Shown: positions 1-12,776, numbered from the stretch's first letter. The stretch: DNA of 64,000 nucleotides from Prasinococcaceae sp. CCMP 1430 (GCA_013416795.1 RQSC01000031.1:171461-235460), one strand, 5' to 3'. The notes: generated by a model from the letters alone, not told the origin. A program made the numbers and translations.

Positions 1-44
1 TTTGTATGAATAGTATACACATTATGAACAGTACAAAGCCGCTG

Positions 45-2502
45 CTAGGCGCACTCTGCGCGCAAGAACTCGGCGCCCATCATGGCCTGCTGTCGCGCAA
101 CCTTAACCTTCTCGTGCAGCTTGTTCTTCGTTGGCGCGATGATACCATCGAAGAAGGGGTGTTTCAGTGCCTCCTCGGCAGCGATGCGCTCTCCCGGCGC
201 GGGTTCGAGCAGCTTCGACAAGAGGTCGTAGGCTTCGCGCAGCAAGGCGTCGTCCGTGCCCTTGGCTGCGCCCTCCCAGGCGGGAAGCAGCCTCCACGTG
301 CCCGGCGCGCTGGTCTTCGCACCAGGCAGCGCCTGGCCGCTCACCTGGTGGCCGGGCGGCTTTTTGCGCTCGCGCTGCTCAGCTTCAGCGATCGCCAACT
401 CCTCCTCCCACTTGGGCTCGGTGCAAAAGAGTGCCTGCCCGATCGCGCGCAGGCGCTCTGGGTACGCCATGCGATCGGTCAACTTCAGCCAGACGCTATC
501 CTTGGAAACAGTTCCATTGGCCGCTTTGCTTTTCGCCTTGTCCAGAAAGGGATTCTTGAGCGTCTTGGCGTGGTGCGGATTGGGGTGCTTGAACGTAAGA
601 GTCCTCTGTAGCGACTTGGCAGCTCTCGTGAGTCTATCCTCGCCCACGAGAGGCAGCATCTGGACGTGGCGTATGCACGGTTGCAAGGCATGAGTGTGCG
701 AGATTATCGGTCAGCACGGGGATGCATATGCACGCGTCCCTCGTCGTGGCACGTGCGAGACGCGGCATGCGAGCGAGCGCGAATCGACGCGGCGCCATCA
801 CACAGACGTGTTGCACGCCTCGCACCTCGAACAGCGAGTCCAGGTCGTCACTGCAGCCGAAGAGCAAATAGTCACGGCCGCTCAGGAGGCACATGAGCAT
901 GATCCCGGCGGCCCACATGTCAACTGCCGTAGTTTGCTTTTTCACGCGCATGAGGACCTCCGGGGCACGAAATCCGCGCGTGCCTGCGCGTCCCCCGCTC
1001 ACCGTGCGAGGCGCGACGCCCGAGCCACCCTGGGCGTACGCTGTCCCTCTGATCTGAGGCTTCGGCTGTGCCGCTGCTCGCCTGGCGTCTTTATTGTGCT
1101 CGGGCAGATGCCTGGTGGCGCGCTTATTGTGGTGCAGGGGCTTGGACGCATTCGGTGCTTGGGGCAGCTGGAGCTTTCCGCTCACCGCTTTCCCAACGCC
1201 CGCCTGCTCGACCTGCCTCTTGCCGCGCGACGCTTGAGCGCGCGTCACAGGGCTCACAGGGTCCAGGCGGCCCTCGCCTGCCACCAATTCCTTCCCCTTG
1301 CTCGCACCGCCAGCCTGACCATGGTGCTGCTGCGAGGGCTGCTTGCGCTTGTCCTTACGCAGCTTGCGCACCAGCGCCTCCGCTTCCGTCTGTGCGAGGC
1401 CAAAGTCAATGAGGTACCCCTCCCTTAACTTCATGTTGTACAAGAAGTTTGAGGGTTTGATATCCCTGTGTATGACAGACAAGGAGTGCATCCCGCGCAG
1501 CGCGGTCAGGAGTGCCAGCATGTAGTGCTGCACATCGGACAGCTTGGCGTGACGGACCAGGTGGCGGAAGGAGTCATGGGCAAAGTGCGGGAACACTAGG
1601 GAGCAGCAAGGTGCGTCGACCCACTCAGCGCAAGCTTCGTCGGCAGGATCGGGCCTTTTCCCCCTGTCGCGCTGGTCCTTGATGCGCTCGAGGGCTTGCC
1701 CTGCCTCCAACCGCCGCCGTTTGGAGACCAGCTCCTCCTGCCCGCCCCAAACGCCCTCCTCTGCCCAGAGCGGGATAATGCATGGCTTGCCCTCGAGTTG
1801 TCGCAGATGTCTCACTTCGTTGTACACGTCAGCAGCCGTGCTGTCTTCGTAAATACGCTTGATGGCGAGCTCGACGTACAGCGCTCCCTCGCCATGCGTC
1901 ACGAGGCGCTCCAACAGAGGGTGCCACGCGTCGCCCGCCCCGTCGTCCACGGCTGCGCCGCCCATGGCTTGAATGAATCTGCAGGCCTCCGAGTAGCTCG
2001 TCGCACCGAACATGCGCACCGCTTTGAAGCACTCGCCGAAGCCACCGTTGCCGACTGTGGACACCACAAATGCCCCGCGCGCGGCGACGTCGAAGAAGGA
2101 GGGCTCAGCGACGTATGGCGACTGGCTGATCTCCCTCGTGAGGCGCTTGATTTTGCCTTGGACGCTGCGCAGGTCGCACGGCTTCCGCTTCTGCGTGCCG
2201 CCAGCAGCGTCCAGCTGCCGCGGCAGGTCGTGTGTGCGTGCAACAGCGGGCATCGGCGGCGCAACTGGCAGGATGGGGGCATGGCTCCCCGGCGTCACCG
2301 CCGCCTGAGCCGTGCCGGCGCCCGAGCGCGTGGTCCGGCCTGGGTAGGGGGTCGCCGCCCGAGGGATCGCGCTTGGCGCCACCCCTGCCTCTCCTGCGTC
2401 CGCCAGCGCGCCCTCCTGCGGCGCCGGCACCCTCGCCTCGGCTTGCCTGCGCCTCTCCTGCAAGCGCGTGTTTGCGCAGGGCGTCCCGATGGCGGCCTGC
2501 AT
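45..2502 (-). CDS. CDC7: CDC7 (DDK catalytic subunit) Ser/Thr kinase; 2 exons, intron 660-825; start codon uncertain
   Basis: Motifs GNGGFGECF, AIKRIY, HRDIKPSNFLY, LIDFGLAQ, a long kinase insert, RAGTRGFRAPEVL and QTTAVDMW. A GT-AG intron with CTGAC joins DDLDSLFE|MLPLVGEDRLTRAAK in frame. Confidence 0.9.
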
Positions 2503-2820
2503 GTGGCCCGCGCCGACGGGCGTCGCGCGCGCACGGTCGGGGCGCGCATCCGCGCCCGCAGCGGCCGCCCCGCCCCGCTGCACCGCGCGCCGCCGCGCCG
2601 CGCGAGTGGCGCCACACGCACGCGGTGGGAGGCGCGGGGCAGCTGCTCGCGGGGCCGCCTGGCTGTCGGAGTGCCCCGCGGCGGGCGCTGCGGCGATCGT
2701 GTACGAGCGTTACAGCGGGGCAGGTGGCGGTGGTGTGTGCGTGTGCGTGCAGGGGTGGGACGAGGAGGGAGGAGGGGGCGGAGTGGGCTCGAGGCTGCGT
2801 GTGTGAAGTCCCAGCTGGCA

Positions 2821-4008
2821 ATGGAGCCGGGGGGGATGGACGGTGGCGCCGCGGGCGGTAGTGGCGGCGCCGTCGCGGGCATGGGCATCAACGGCGGCGT
2901 CACTGCGTCCCAGGCGGGCATGCCTGGCGCGCGCAACTACCCGTCGGGCACCATGCACGGAAACGATCCGCTGGGAGGACTGCACATCCCTGGGTACGAC
3001 CCAACGTACATGGAGCGCGCGATGCAGGAGTACTTCGACCGCCCCGAGAACAAAGAGGTCATGGAGGCGCACCAGAACAAGGAGTACCGCCGAGCGCAGA
3101 GGCTGAACAGAAAGATGAGAGCCCTCGAGTTTAAGGACAAGGTGCTGTCGGCACCATACGAGGCGCAGAAGAATGTCGCGCCGTTCCTTCAGAGCCGCAC
3201 GCTGCGCAAGATCGTGCAGAGCATGACGAGCGACTTGCAGAACGACTTCGCGAAATGGGCGACGAACCCGCTCATCCTGCGCGCGCTGCATGCGGCCAAG
3301 GAGCAGCTTGACAAGGGCCAGATCACCGAGGACGAGCTCGAGCACAAACTCATCTCATACTTCAACTCGCCCGCCGCCGGCGAGGCCCATGAAGAGTTCA
3401 AGCGCAAGACCCGGCAGTTCGTGCGACTGGATACGAAGGAGCTCTGCTCGGCGCTCAATGAGCAGGTGCAGGAGCGCAAGAAGGGCAACCAGCTCTTCCG
3501 CGCCAAGAAGTTCGAGGAGGCACGCTACCATTACAAGCGCGCATACTCCATCACCACCTTCGTGCAGGGCATGTCCAAGCCTGACCAGGAGGAGCTCAAC
3601 AAGTGCAAGGTGCGGGCGCGGACGAGGGCGCCACGCGCTCCGACTTAGGAAGCGCAGAGGCTTGCAGCTCTGCTGACGTGCCACTCACTCTGCGCGTCGA
3701 TCGCTTAGGTTCTCTGCCAGCTCAATCTGGCGGCGGTAGCTATCGCTAAGAAGGAGTACGGCGAGGCGATCGAACTCATGACTGGCGCGCACAAGACGCA
3801 GCCCGACAACGTCAAGGTGCTGCTGCGCCGTGCAAAGGCGTACATTGGCAGGCACGAGTACGCCAACGCGAAGGCCGACCTCGAGAAGGTCAAGGACCTT
3901 GAGCCCTTCAACTGGGAAGCTGAGGAGGAAATGATGCGGCTGCGTAAGGTCGTCGCCCTCGACAAGAAGGCGGACAAGGCCCTGTGCCACGCCATGTTCC
4001 TCGGATAG
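2821..4008 (+). CDS. TPR-domain co-chaperone-like protein; intron 3610-3708
   Basis: TPR motifs RKKGNQLFRAKKFEEARYHY, CQLNLAAV and NVKVLLRRAKAY...EPFN. The splice AAG|GTGCGG...CTGAC...TTAG|GTT restores the frame. Confidence 0.85.
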
Positions 4009-4195
4009 AAACCGGCCATTCGCGAGGAGGAGGCGCAGCGCGCCTACCGTAAACCAGAATCATTCACGTTCCACATCTTTAAGTATTTGTACATGTCACA
4101 CAAGCCACAACACACGGGAAAAACGAGCTCAGCCGCGAGACTCCGACGCGCACCGCGCGCTTCATGGGCGGCGGGGCCAACACAGGGCCTCCTCG

Positions 4196-5665
4196 CTACT
4201 CGTAGAATGCAGCGTAGCGCTCCTCAGTCCGCGCCACCCAGTCGTCCTCGCGATCCTTGCGCACGTGCTCGTTTGCAGGCAGGCTCTCCGAGAGGACCCA
4301 GCTGTCGTCCAGCGTACGGCAGCCATCGCTCGAGCGCAGTGTGGGCGTCGAGCAGCCGAAGTAGTCGCACCGTGTCTGGCACGAGGACTCCGGCGGCGCG
4401 GCGCGGGAACTCGACGACCACAGATCGCTCATGGTGTACGTGTCCAGCAGCGGCTCGGGGTCGATGTATTTGCCTACATCGTAATCCGTGTCGGGCATCG
4501 AGCCGCGCAGCGGCGCATAGGTCGGGCGATTGTTCCACTGCCTGTTGATGGTGTACGTGGGGAATGTGGCGTACTCGCCCTCGAAGAGATGCCCGCGCTG
4601 CACGCTCTCTTCGGGCTCGCCGTTCATGCGCTGGTACTCTCCGTAAGTATTCGGGTACACGCCCTTGGCCTGCCGCATGTCGTCGCTGCACGCTTGCGAT
4701 CGCAGCGGGCAGCACTGCCAGCAATACTCGGCGCCTTCCTCATCGTTGCATGCCCCGGGTTCGCACGGCTTGCACGACGCCTCGCCCGGCTGGCCCGAGT
4801 ATGGATTGAACGTCCCTAGCGGACACGGCGTGCAATGTGCCGCCCCGTCGTCCGAGTACGTCCCGGCAGCGCATGGAAGGCAGGCATCGGCCCCGAGCGA
4901 CGCGCGCTCGAGCGGCTGGTGAGTGCCTGCGGGACAGAGCGTACATCGCGCGGCTGCCGCGAGCGGGTCATACACGTGCGGCGGCACACCGGAGGGCATG
5001 ATCGCCGGAGCGAGCGCGCCGCCCGTCGCCGCGCGGAATTCCTCCGGTCGCGAGTAGGAGTATGTGCCGGGCGGGCACGGCGAGCACTCTCGGCCGAGCC
5101 CAGAATGCGGGTTGAACGTACCCGGCACGCACTGTTCGCATCGCGCCTTTCCGCTGAGCGTCTGGTGCCACCCGGGCGGGCACTCGACGCAGTGCCTCTG
5201 CCCGGGAAGCGGCTGCACCGTGCCTGGCGCGCACATCTCGCAGACGCACTCCTCCCACTCGATGAGCTCGCCCGGGCGGCCCAGCACGCCACTCCCGGGT
5301 GGCGCGCCGGTCGTCTCGGCGGAACGTTGCTCGCACGCCATGGGCGGGCATTGTGCGCCCGGGCAGCACCCGCGGTCCTCCCCGCGCGCGAGCGCCCGCG
5401 CGGCGTTTGTCGAAAGTCGGCCTGGGCTGTCGCACCCAAGTCCGCCTCCCCGCGCCCGGCGGCGGCCCCGCCGCGTGCGCGCGCTGTGGCATCTCCCCGC
5501 ATCCGCATCCTGACTCAAAGCGAGCCAGCCGAACGATGAGTACAGGATTGCCGACGTGGCTACTACGGAGGGGGCCCTGGAGCGAGGCCACGCGCGACTG
5601 GTCGCGCGGCCGCGAAGGACTCGTAACCATGTCTCTACATTGCCAGAAAGGCCCCCGCGGCACAC
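4196..5665 (-). CDS. Cys-rich protein with ephrin-receptor-like/GCC2_GCC3 (CxxCxxGT[YF]) repeats, probably secreted; 5' end unresolved
   Basis: About 7 repeats such as CEMCAPGT, CVECPPGW, CSPCPPGTY, CLPCAAGTY and CTPCPLGTF. A hydrophobic stretch VVATSAILYSSFGWLAL lies upstream. Confidence 0.7.
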   Translation of the reverse strand: MCRGGLSGNVETWLRVLRGRATSRAWPRSRAPSVVATSAILYSSFGWLALSQDADAGRCHSARTRRGRRRARGGGLGCDSPGRLSTNAARALARGEDRGCCPGAQCPPMACEQRSAETTGAPPGSGVLGRPGELIEWEECVCEMCAPGTVQPLPGQRHCVECPPGWHQTLSGKARCEQCVPGTFNPHSGLGRECSPCPPGTYSYSRPEEFRAATGGALAPAIMPSGVPPHVYDPLAAAARCTLCPAGTHQPLERASLGADACLPCAAGTYSDDGAAHCTPCPLGTFNPYSGQPGEASCKPCEPGACNDEEGAEYCWQCCPLRSQACSDDMRQAKGVYPNTYGEYQRMNGEPEESVQRGHLFEGEYATFPTYTINRQWNNRPTYAPLRGSMPDTDYDVGKYIDPEPLLDTYTMSDLWSSSSRAAPPESSCQTRCDYFGCSTPTLRSSDGCRTLDDSWVLSESLPANEHVRKDREDDWVARTEERYAAFYE

Positions 5666-5972
5666 CCCGGCCAGCGCCGCGCCCCGCTGTGGCTGGCGCT
5701 GGCCGTGCTTGCTGCGGGGCGGTCAGAGGGTGTGGATGGGCGGGACGCGTCCTAGTTCTGGTTCCGCGAACGCCCAGCGTGAGCCGGGCGGTCCCGTGGG
5801 GGCCTGTGAAACACGGCGCCGTTCCACGCCAGGAGACACCTCTCGGAAGAGTGGGGCTGCCTGGCGCTCGCCGACGCGCGTGGTGAAAGGCACGGCGCTG
5901 TTCCACGCGAGGAGGGCGTCCGAAAGACGGGGCCTGGTGGCGATCGCCGGCGCGCGTGTGTGCGCTGGGCTG

Positions 5973-6338
5973 TCAGTGATGCGAGCGCGGGATGGCCGTC
6001 GTCGGGTCGGTGAGCTCTGACGTGGGCGGCCAGATGGCGTCGAGGTAATGGATGGGGCCGTACGCTGAGGGAAGATCGAGGAGCGGCACGAAGCGAGAGG
6101 GAGCGTCGGCGATGTTCACACTGGAGGCGATGTACTCGAACCAGTAGTCGTGGACGCCCCATGCGAGGCACACTTGCAGGAGCATTGTGAGGTCGGAGAG
6201 CCCGCGCGAGGCTGCAGAGCCGGAGATAGCGGAACTTTTAGCGACGGCGCTGTCGATGTATGAAAGGATGTCGCTGTCGCTGATGAGGCTTGCATACGTG
6301 CGTAGTGCGACGATGAGGGCGATACCGCAGCAGTCACT
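5973..6338 (-). mobile_element. Relic of a DIRS/tyrosine-recombinase retrotransposon RNase H domain
   Basis: The open frame reads ALIVALRTY...ILSYIDSAVA...SGSAAS...YWFEYIASSVNIADAPSR. This matches the DIRS1-type RNase H pattern (AL.T...IDN..A...W.EYV.S..N.AD..SR). It is preceded by an in-frame TAA, and no RT or YR is nearby. Confidence 0.65.
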
Positions 6339-6906
6339 TTACGGAATCCTGTAGCCTGCACTTGCACAAGTGCTGCCCACCGGCGGAACTGTACGAACCA
6401 CCGCCTTGTGAACCCTGAGCACTAACCCCAATTTAAACCCCTAACTCGCATCGCGCGCCGTCGGGAGCCGGGGCGAGCGGAGCCGGACCCGGCCGGGCGG
6501 GTGTTTAGGGTGAAGCGCGATCGACCGCAACTCCAACTCCGTCCGGATGGCATGTTATTTATTCTACATGTGCGACATTTTTATAAACCCTTCTTCAGCG
6601 TACGCGAGGGCCGCGACTGGCCGCGCGCCTTCGAATTTGCGGGGCGGGAATGCGCATTGTCGTTTTTTATTGCGCATGGACGAGTGCGTTCCGGGCTTCG
6701 CTGCGCCTTGCGGTTGTGGATTTCGGATGGAGCGCGCCAGGGGCCGGGCTGCGCCCCGCGCCACACATCGAGCGCCGCGGTGCAGCCGCCGCGAGCGGCC
6801 GCCTTTCCCCCCCTCCCTCCCTCCACCCGCTTCCCCCCTTCGGGCAGCCCCGCCGCCGCCGCCGCTGCCCCGCGCCCTGCGCCCACCCCCCCCCGGCGCG
6901 GGAGCG

Positions 6907-8316
6907 ATGTCGGCGGGGGCCAAGAAGGACCCCGCGTGGAAGGGCTTCGCGCGCGGCGCGATGGCCGCAATGGTCAGCGGCGCCGTCACGCACCCTATCG
7001 ACCTCGGTGCGTCGCGCCCGCGCGGGAGCAGCCCCTGGGAGGGAGCGGGCCGGGTGGCAGCGATGGCTTGTGGGGGGTGGGTTGGTGGGTGGGCGGATGG
7101 TAGCGTCGTGCTAGGCGTGACCTCTGCGTGTGTCGCGCGCTGCTCGCCGCGCCGAACTGACGCGGACGCGCTACGTCCACGCCCCACGCCTCGCGCCACA
7201 ACAGTCAAAGTCCGCATGCAGCTGCACGGAGAAGGCCTGAAGGCGTCGGGCAAGCCTACACCTGGCATGCTTGCGACCGCAGGTGGCGTCCTGCGCGCCG
7301 AAGGCCCCGCAGGGCTGTACAAGGGCCTGACTGCCAGCCTCTTGCGGCAAGGGACGTTCATCGGAGCCAAGGTACGAGCTGCGCTGGCGCGCTGCACCCC
7401 TCGCGCCGGCGCGCATGGCTAGTGGGTGCAGTGGTGACAGCGATTGCACGCGCCATCCACGCTGACTAGGCGCGGCGCATGCCGTCACGCGCATGTCATG
7501 GCACCACAGTTTGGCCTGTATGAGCAGTGGAAGGCGCAGTTCGCAGACGACGCGGGCTTCATGCCATTCCACTACAAGATTGCGGGCGGTTTCTTCAGCG
7601 GTGCGACCGGGGCCGTCATTGGGTGAGTGCTGACGGCGCGGGGCTTTGGCCCCAGGCGGTCGGACGAAGCTGGAGGCGCCGAGCGCGTCATCGCAGCGAC
7701 GTCTCATCGCGGCGCTCCGCTCACGTCGCCGGCACTTCGCGCGCTCGATGCGCGCCTGCCTGCGCTGACCGACTTTGCGCCACGCACCCACGCGCACAGC
7801 AACCCCGCCGACCTGGCCATGGTGCGGATGCAGGCGGACGGCCGATTGCCAGCGGAGCTGCGCCGCAACTACAGGAACGCTGGCGACGCGCTCTACCGTG
7901 TGGCCCGTGAGGAGGGGGTGCTCGCCCTGTGGCGCGGCTCCGTGCCTACCGCATCGCGCGCGTGTATCATCACCGCGGCACAATTCAGCGTGTACGAGGA
8001 GTGCAAGGAGCAGCTCATCGAGCGCACGCCGCTAGGAGACACTCCGTTCACGCATGGTCTTGCGAGCTTTGCATGCGCCATCGTTGCAGGTATCATCTCA
8101 AACCCGTTTGACGTCGCCAAGACCCGCTTGATGAACATGAAGATCGAGGCAGATGGCTCGCGCCCCTACAAGAACACATTCCATGCCATCATCAAGACGG
8201 CCTCGGAGGAGGGCGTACTTGCGCTGATGAAGGGCCTTGGGCCTACGGTCGCGCGACAAGTGCCGCTAAACCTGGTCCGCTTTATGACGGTGGAGCAGCT
8301 TCGGAAGATCTTTTGA
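6907..8316 (+). CDS. Mitochondrial carrier family protein (dicarboxylate / oxoglutarate-malate / UCP-like); introns 7007-7204, 7372-7509, 7623-7799
   Basis: Three PxD/ExxK/R signatures: HPIDLVKVRMQ, NPADLAMVRMQADGRLP and NPFDVAKTRLMN. All junctions are GT-AG and in frame. Confidence 0.93.
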
Positions 8317-8659
8317 GTCGACGTGTTCGAGCAGTTGTCTTTGGATGCCCCAACGAAACACAGCACCTGGGGAGGGGGCTCGCCTGGCGTGGCCCGACCT
8401 CTTCGAGCATTCTTGCAAGTGCGCAAGCCCCACTCAAACACACGCGTGCACGCGCTATCTCGCACGCCCCCCAGCCCACCCTAACCCACCCACCGCACCT
8501 CCCCTCGTTACCTGCCAGCTAGACACACTTGCTAGCCAGCAATTCAATTCTTTGCGCTGTGCGCAGCAGCGCGGTGCAGGCATGTACCGACTGTTGGTAC
8601 AGCTTGTCAACGACTGGGTGGCCAAGTAATTGCTCTCACCAAGTCTCACAACTCCGGAT

Positions 8660-10319
8660 TCACGTGATCGCTCGGCGCTTGCGCTTGGCGCCTGCTCCCC
8701 CTCCTGTGTTGAGCACATCCATCCACGTCTCCAGTACGGAGCGCTCTGCCGCTGCGAGCCTGAACGCTTGCGCCGCATGTACATTGCCACAATCGAGAGC
8801 GGCAATAGCGCGGCGCCGATCGCCCGCAGCGCCTCCCGAGCGGCCGTACGCGCTCTCGCGCTCGGCTACCGAAGCCGCCAGTGCTCGTCGCTCTCCACGC
8901 GACAGCTCATCGCATCTTTCGTCACTGTCACCGCACAGCGCCTTGACGACGCCGACCGTTTCCGCAGGCAGGCCGGCCTCATCAAGCCTGCCCAGCTCAA
9001 TGTACTCGGGCAGCGCTGACACGTCACCCAGGGCGCGCAGACGCGCGCGCACCAGCCTAGGCCCAAATTCCTCTGCGCACGCCTCGATTAAGTCGCTCGT
9101 CTCGATATTGACAATGTCAAAGGGATTCGCGTCGGGCACGAAGCCGTAGTCGTGCAGGAGCGTGCCACTGGCGATCTCGCCATAGCAATTGAACACCTCG
9201 AGACCTCGTCGCAGTGACCTGTGCGTAACCACCTGCAGCGCGTCACCCACGTCCACGAAAGTGACGTCCATGCCCGCGGCACCCGACGCTCGTGTCGAGC
9301 GGCCGGCGCGCGCCGATAGCGAGGGCACCAGCGACCCCACCGCCGCTGAGTGGTTGCGCCGCTCTTCGGCTTCGGCGGTTGCACGGTCCTCCCCGTCGAG
9401 CTCATCTTCCACACTCTCTTCATCTTCCTCGCTGTCTTCCTCGCCTCCTTCGCACGCGGGCCTGGATACCACTGCTTCCTGAAGGTCCACATTGAGCCTC
9501 GCCGTCTTATGGTTGAGAATGTCGCCGAATGGCACCATGGCGTGCCCATGGAAATCATCGACGTGGAACTGCCGGCTGGTTACCAGGGCGAGCGCTTCTG
9601 CGTAGTGCTCCTGCCGTAGCAGCGAGGGGTCCAGCGCGGGTTCCTCAGCCAGCAGTCGCGTCACCAACGGTACAATGTGCTCGTGGTACTCCTGCGCACA
9701 CTCCTCTCTGTCGGCGTCGGGGGCACCGGCGAGCTCGGTGCCCGCGAGCAGCGCCACGTCCTGCTCGCACCAACCGGAGGGCAGCTCTGCCGCCATCCCG
9801 CGCGGCAGGCTGTCGATGTAGCCCGCCCAAGCGCTGCGCCCGCGCTTGGCTGCCTCGAGCATAAGTGCAGCGGCGAGCGCGGCATTGCCATCGAGCTCGG
9901 CTTCATTTATCGCTTCAGCATGCGGCGACCCCGCCGCCGACAGGACGGCGCTGCAATCGCATGCGAGCGTGCGGGAGAGAGCGAGAGCGAGAGGGTGGAC
10001 GAGCACGGCGGAGACGAACGCGACTGGGGTCAGCGCACAGCAGCACACCGGTGGTGCACAGCTTGCATCGATAGATGCGCGGACACACGCACCGCTTGGA
10101 GATGCGCGCAATGACCTGCCCCTCGAGCAGGTCCGCAGCCGCCAGCACGCCCGCGCCGCCAGCGACAAGCGCTGCGCGCGGCGAGCCCGCGTCCACGAGC
10201 TCGACCGCGCGGCGGTCCCAGCGCACGCCCGCCCCCACGAGCCAGCGCTCGAGGCGCATCATCCCCCCTTCTGTCCAGTCGCCGTCGTCGGCATTGCAGC
10301 CGCCGCTGCGGCGCGCCAT
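8660..10319 (-). CDS. SET-domain lysine methyltransferase (SETD6/Rubisco-LSMT-like); intron 9951-10092
   Basis: Motifs SAWAGYIDSLP, ALVTSRQF, MVPFGDILNH, EVFNCYG and LLHDYGFV. The splice gives ISKR|AVLS. Confidence 0.88.
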
Positions 10320-10331
10320 CGCGCCCGCCTG

Positions 10332-10514
10332 NNNNNNNNNNNNNNNNNNNNNNNNNNNNNNNNNNNNNNNNNNNNNNNNNNNNNNNNNNNNNNNNNNNNN
10401 NNNNNNNNNNNNNNNNNNNNNNNNNNNNNNNNNNNNNNNNNNNNNNNNNNNNNNNNNNNNNNNNNNNNNNNNNNNNNNNNNNNNNNNNNNNNNNNNNNNN
10501 NNNNNNNNNNNNNN
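10332..10514. other. Assembly gap
   Basis: N run. Confidence 1.
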
Positions 10515-12611
10515 CCCGCTCGCGGCGCTCGTGGCGCTCGCCGCGCTCGTGGTGCTGGGCTTGCTCAGCGGCGCGGGGCGCGGCGCGCACGCACGGCCGC
10601 TCGGCGGCGGTGCGCTGCCGCCGATGGAATATGGCATAGAGGTCGATGCAGAGAGCTTCGCTGCGGAGCTAAGTGCGACGGGGGCGCGCAACGTGCTCGT
10701 CGAGTTCTACCTCGCGTGGTGCCCCCACTGCAAGCACTTCCGGCCTGAGTACGACAAGGCCGCCGCCGAGCTCAAGCGCAGATGGATCGCCAACGGTGGA
10801 GAGAAGATACCCGCACGTGCGTCGACGCGCTTGCGCGTTGTACGCCCTGTCACCGTAGCTCGCGCCCCGTCTGCGCCGCCTCGGTCCGCCCTACGCGTAC
10901 ATCCGTGTCTCGACCCCACTTTCCTCCACTCCCTTGGCGCCCCTCACTGACGGTAGGCGACCACGTACGTGCACCCCGCGCTCGCTGCGCAAACGTGCGC
11001 TTGTAGTCGCAATCGACTGCGCCGTTGGCGAGAATATGCGCAGCGTCTGCAGTCACTTCGGCATCCGTGGATACCCGACGATGTACTACGGCGCGGCGGA
11101 GGCGTTCGCCCGATACGCTGAACGCGACGCCGATGGCGCTCCCCACGACGGTCTGCGCCGTGTTGTTCCCAAAGGAGGGCCGACGGCGGAGAGCGTGATG
11201 GCGTGGCTAGACGAGAACGCCGCGCAGGATATGCCTGGTGGGAAATCCGGCGCCGCGCTGGGCGTTCTAACTGGCGAACGTGGGGGCAGGAGTGGCGAGA
11301 GCGGTGGCGACGCCGAGCGAGCGGCAGGCGCCGGAGGTGGGGGCGAGGGCGCTGGGAGCGGCGCGGTGGCGACAGATGCCGACGTCCGAGGAGGACGCGC
11401 GGGCCCAAAAGCTGATGGCGAAGAGGTGCCGTCTGTGGCTGGAGTCACGTTGCGCAGCGCGATGGATGCCGCACTGCTGCGCGCGACACAGCTCGTGATC
11501 TCAAACGGCTTCGGAAGCCTGGCGGATGCATCAGAGGGCCACGATCCCGCGGCGCGCCTCTCTTTGGTGTCGTTCGTTGCGCTGCTAGCGGACGCCCATC
11601 CCCTCGCCGAGTGCCGCAAGTCTGCCGCCGCGCTACAGCACGAGCTCCCAAGGCTCTGGCCCGAGGGAGGCAGTGCGGACGCCGAAGCGCTCGCCCATTT
11701 CGACATTTGCGGTGCGGATGCCGCGATCGAGGCCGCTCGCGCCGACGCGCTCGAGGCCGCGGGCGGCGCGAGGCGGTCGTGGGGAGTGTGCGAGGGCTCC
11801 ACGCCCTCGAGCAGGGGGTACACGGTGAGTGCGTGCCATCTATGGCACCGATGCAGAACACTGAGCTTACTGCCCCTGCTCCTCCAGAGCTGTAGCACGA
11901 GGCGTACATGCCGATCCCGATCGGGCAGGCCTGGCTACTCCTGCGCTGACCGCAGCTCGCGACTCTACCCCCGCGCCTCGCTCGCGCTGCCGTGCCGCGC
12001 GGACTCCCCCTTTCCCGCAGTGTGGCTTGTGGCTGCTGTTCCACTCGCTTGCGTCGCGCGTCGCTTTTGATTCGGGGGGCGCGCACTGGGCGAGTGCAAT
12101 TGGCGGGTACGTGCAGCACTTCTTCGAATGCGAGGCGTGCGCATCGCACTTCACCGCAATGACCAAGCGGCGCCACCTTGATCGCGTACGCACGCGCCGC
12201 GACGCCGTGCTGTGGATGTGGCGAGCGCATAATGAGGTCAATGCGCGCCTGCGCGAAGAGGAACACAACGACGGCACGGGCGATCCAGCCTTTCCCAAGG
12301 TGCAGTGGCCAACTGAGCGTGAGTGCGCCGACTGCCGTAGTAGCTTCGGCGTTGACGGATGGAGCACAGAGCGAGTGTTCGCTTTCCTCCAGCAGCGGTA
12401 CGGGCGCTGGGAGGCTGCAGAGGCCGCAGTGAGTGTTGATGCCGACAGTGTGCCCGCGCCTCTCCGCGCAACAGGCCTGGCCATGTGCGCAGCCGGCGCG
12501 GCCGGCGCCGCGCTGTGGTGGGCGGTGCGCGCACGACGCACATCTCGCGGCGGTCAGCGACGGGCGACAGGCGCGCTCATGGCAGCGAGCAGCAGATCGA
12601 GGCTGTTCTGA
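10515..12611 (+). CDS. QSOX: Quiescin sulfhydryl oxidase (thioredoxin + ERV/ALR domains, C-terminal TM); 5' end in gap; introns 10817-11006, 11825-12020
   Basis: Signal peptide, then WCPHC, AIDCA, RGYT|CGLWLLFH, FFECEACASHF, WRAHNEVN and KVQWP...CADC. Confidence 0.93.
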
Positions 12612-12750
12612 TCCGCGCGCTGGCCGGCGCGCGGCGAACTCGCCATGATGTCACAATCTTCGGACACAGCAGTCTTTATTGTGGCGCGCGTGCTCGCGCG
12701 CTCACGTTGCATGGCGTGGGCCTATTATCTGCGCCGAGTATGTTTGTCTG

Positions 12751-12776
12751 TATGTGTGTGTGTGTGTGTGTGTGTA
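12751..12776 (+). repeat. (TG)n microsatellite between the convergent QSOX and WNK genes
   Basis: Run of tgtgtg visible in the sequence. Confidence 0.9.
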
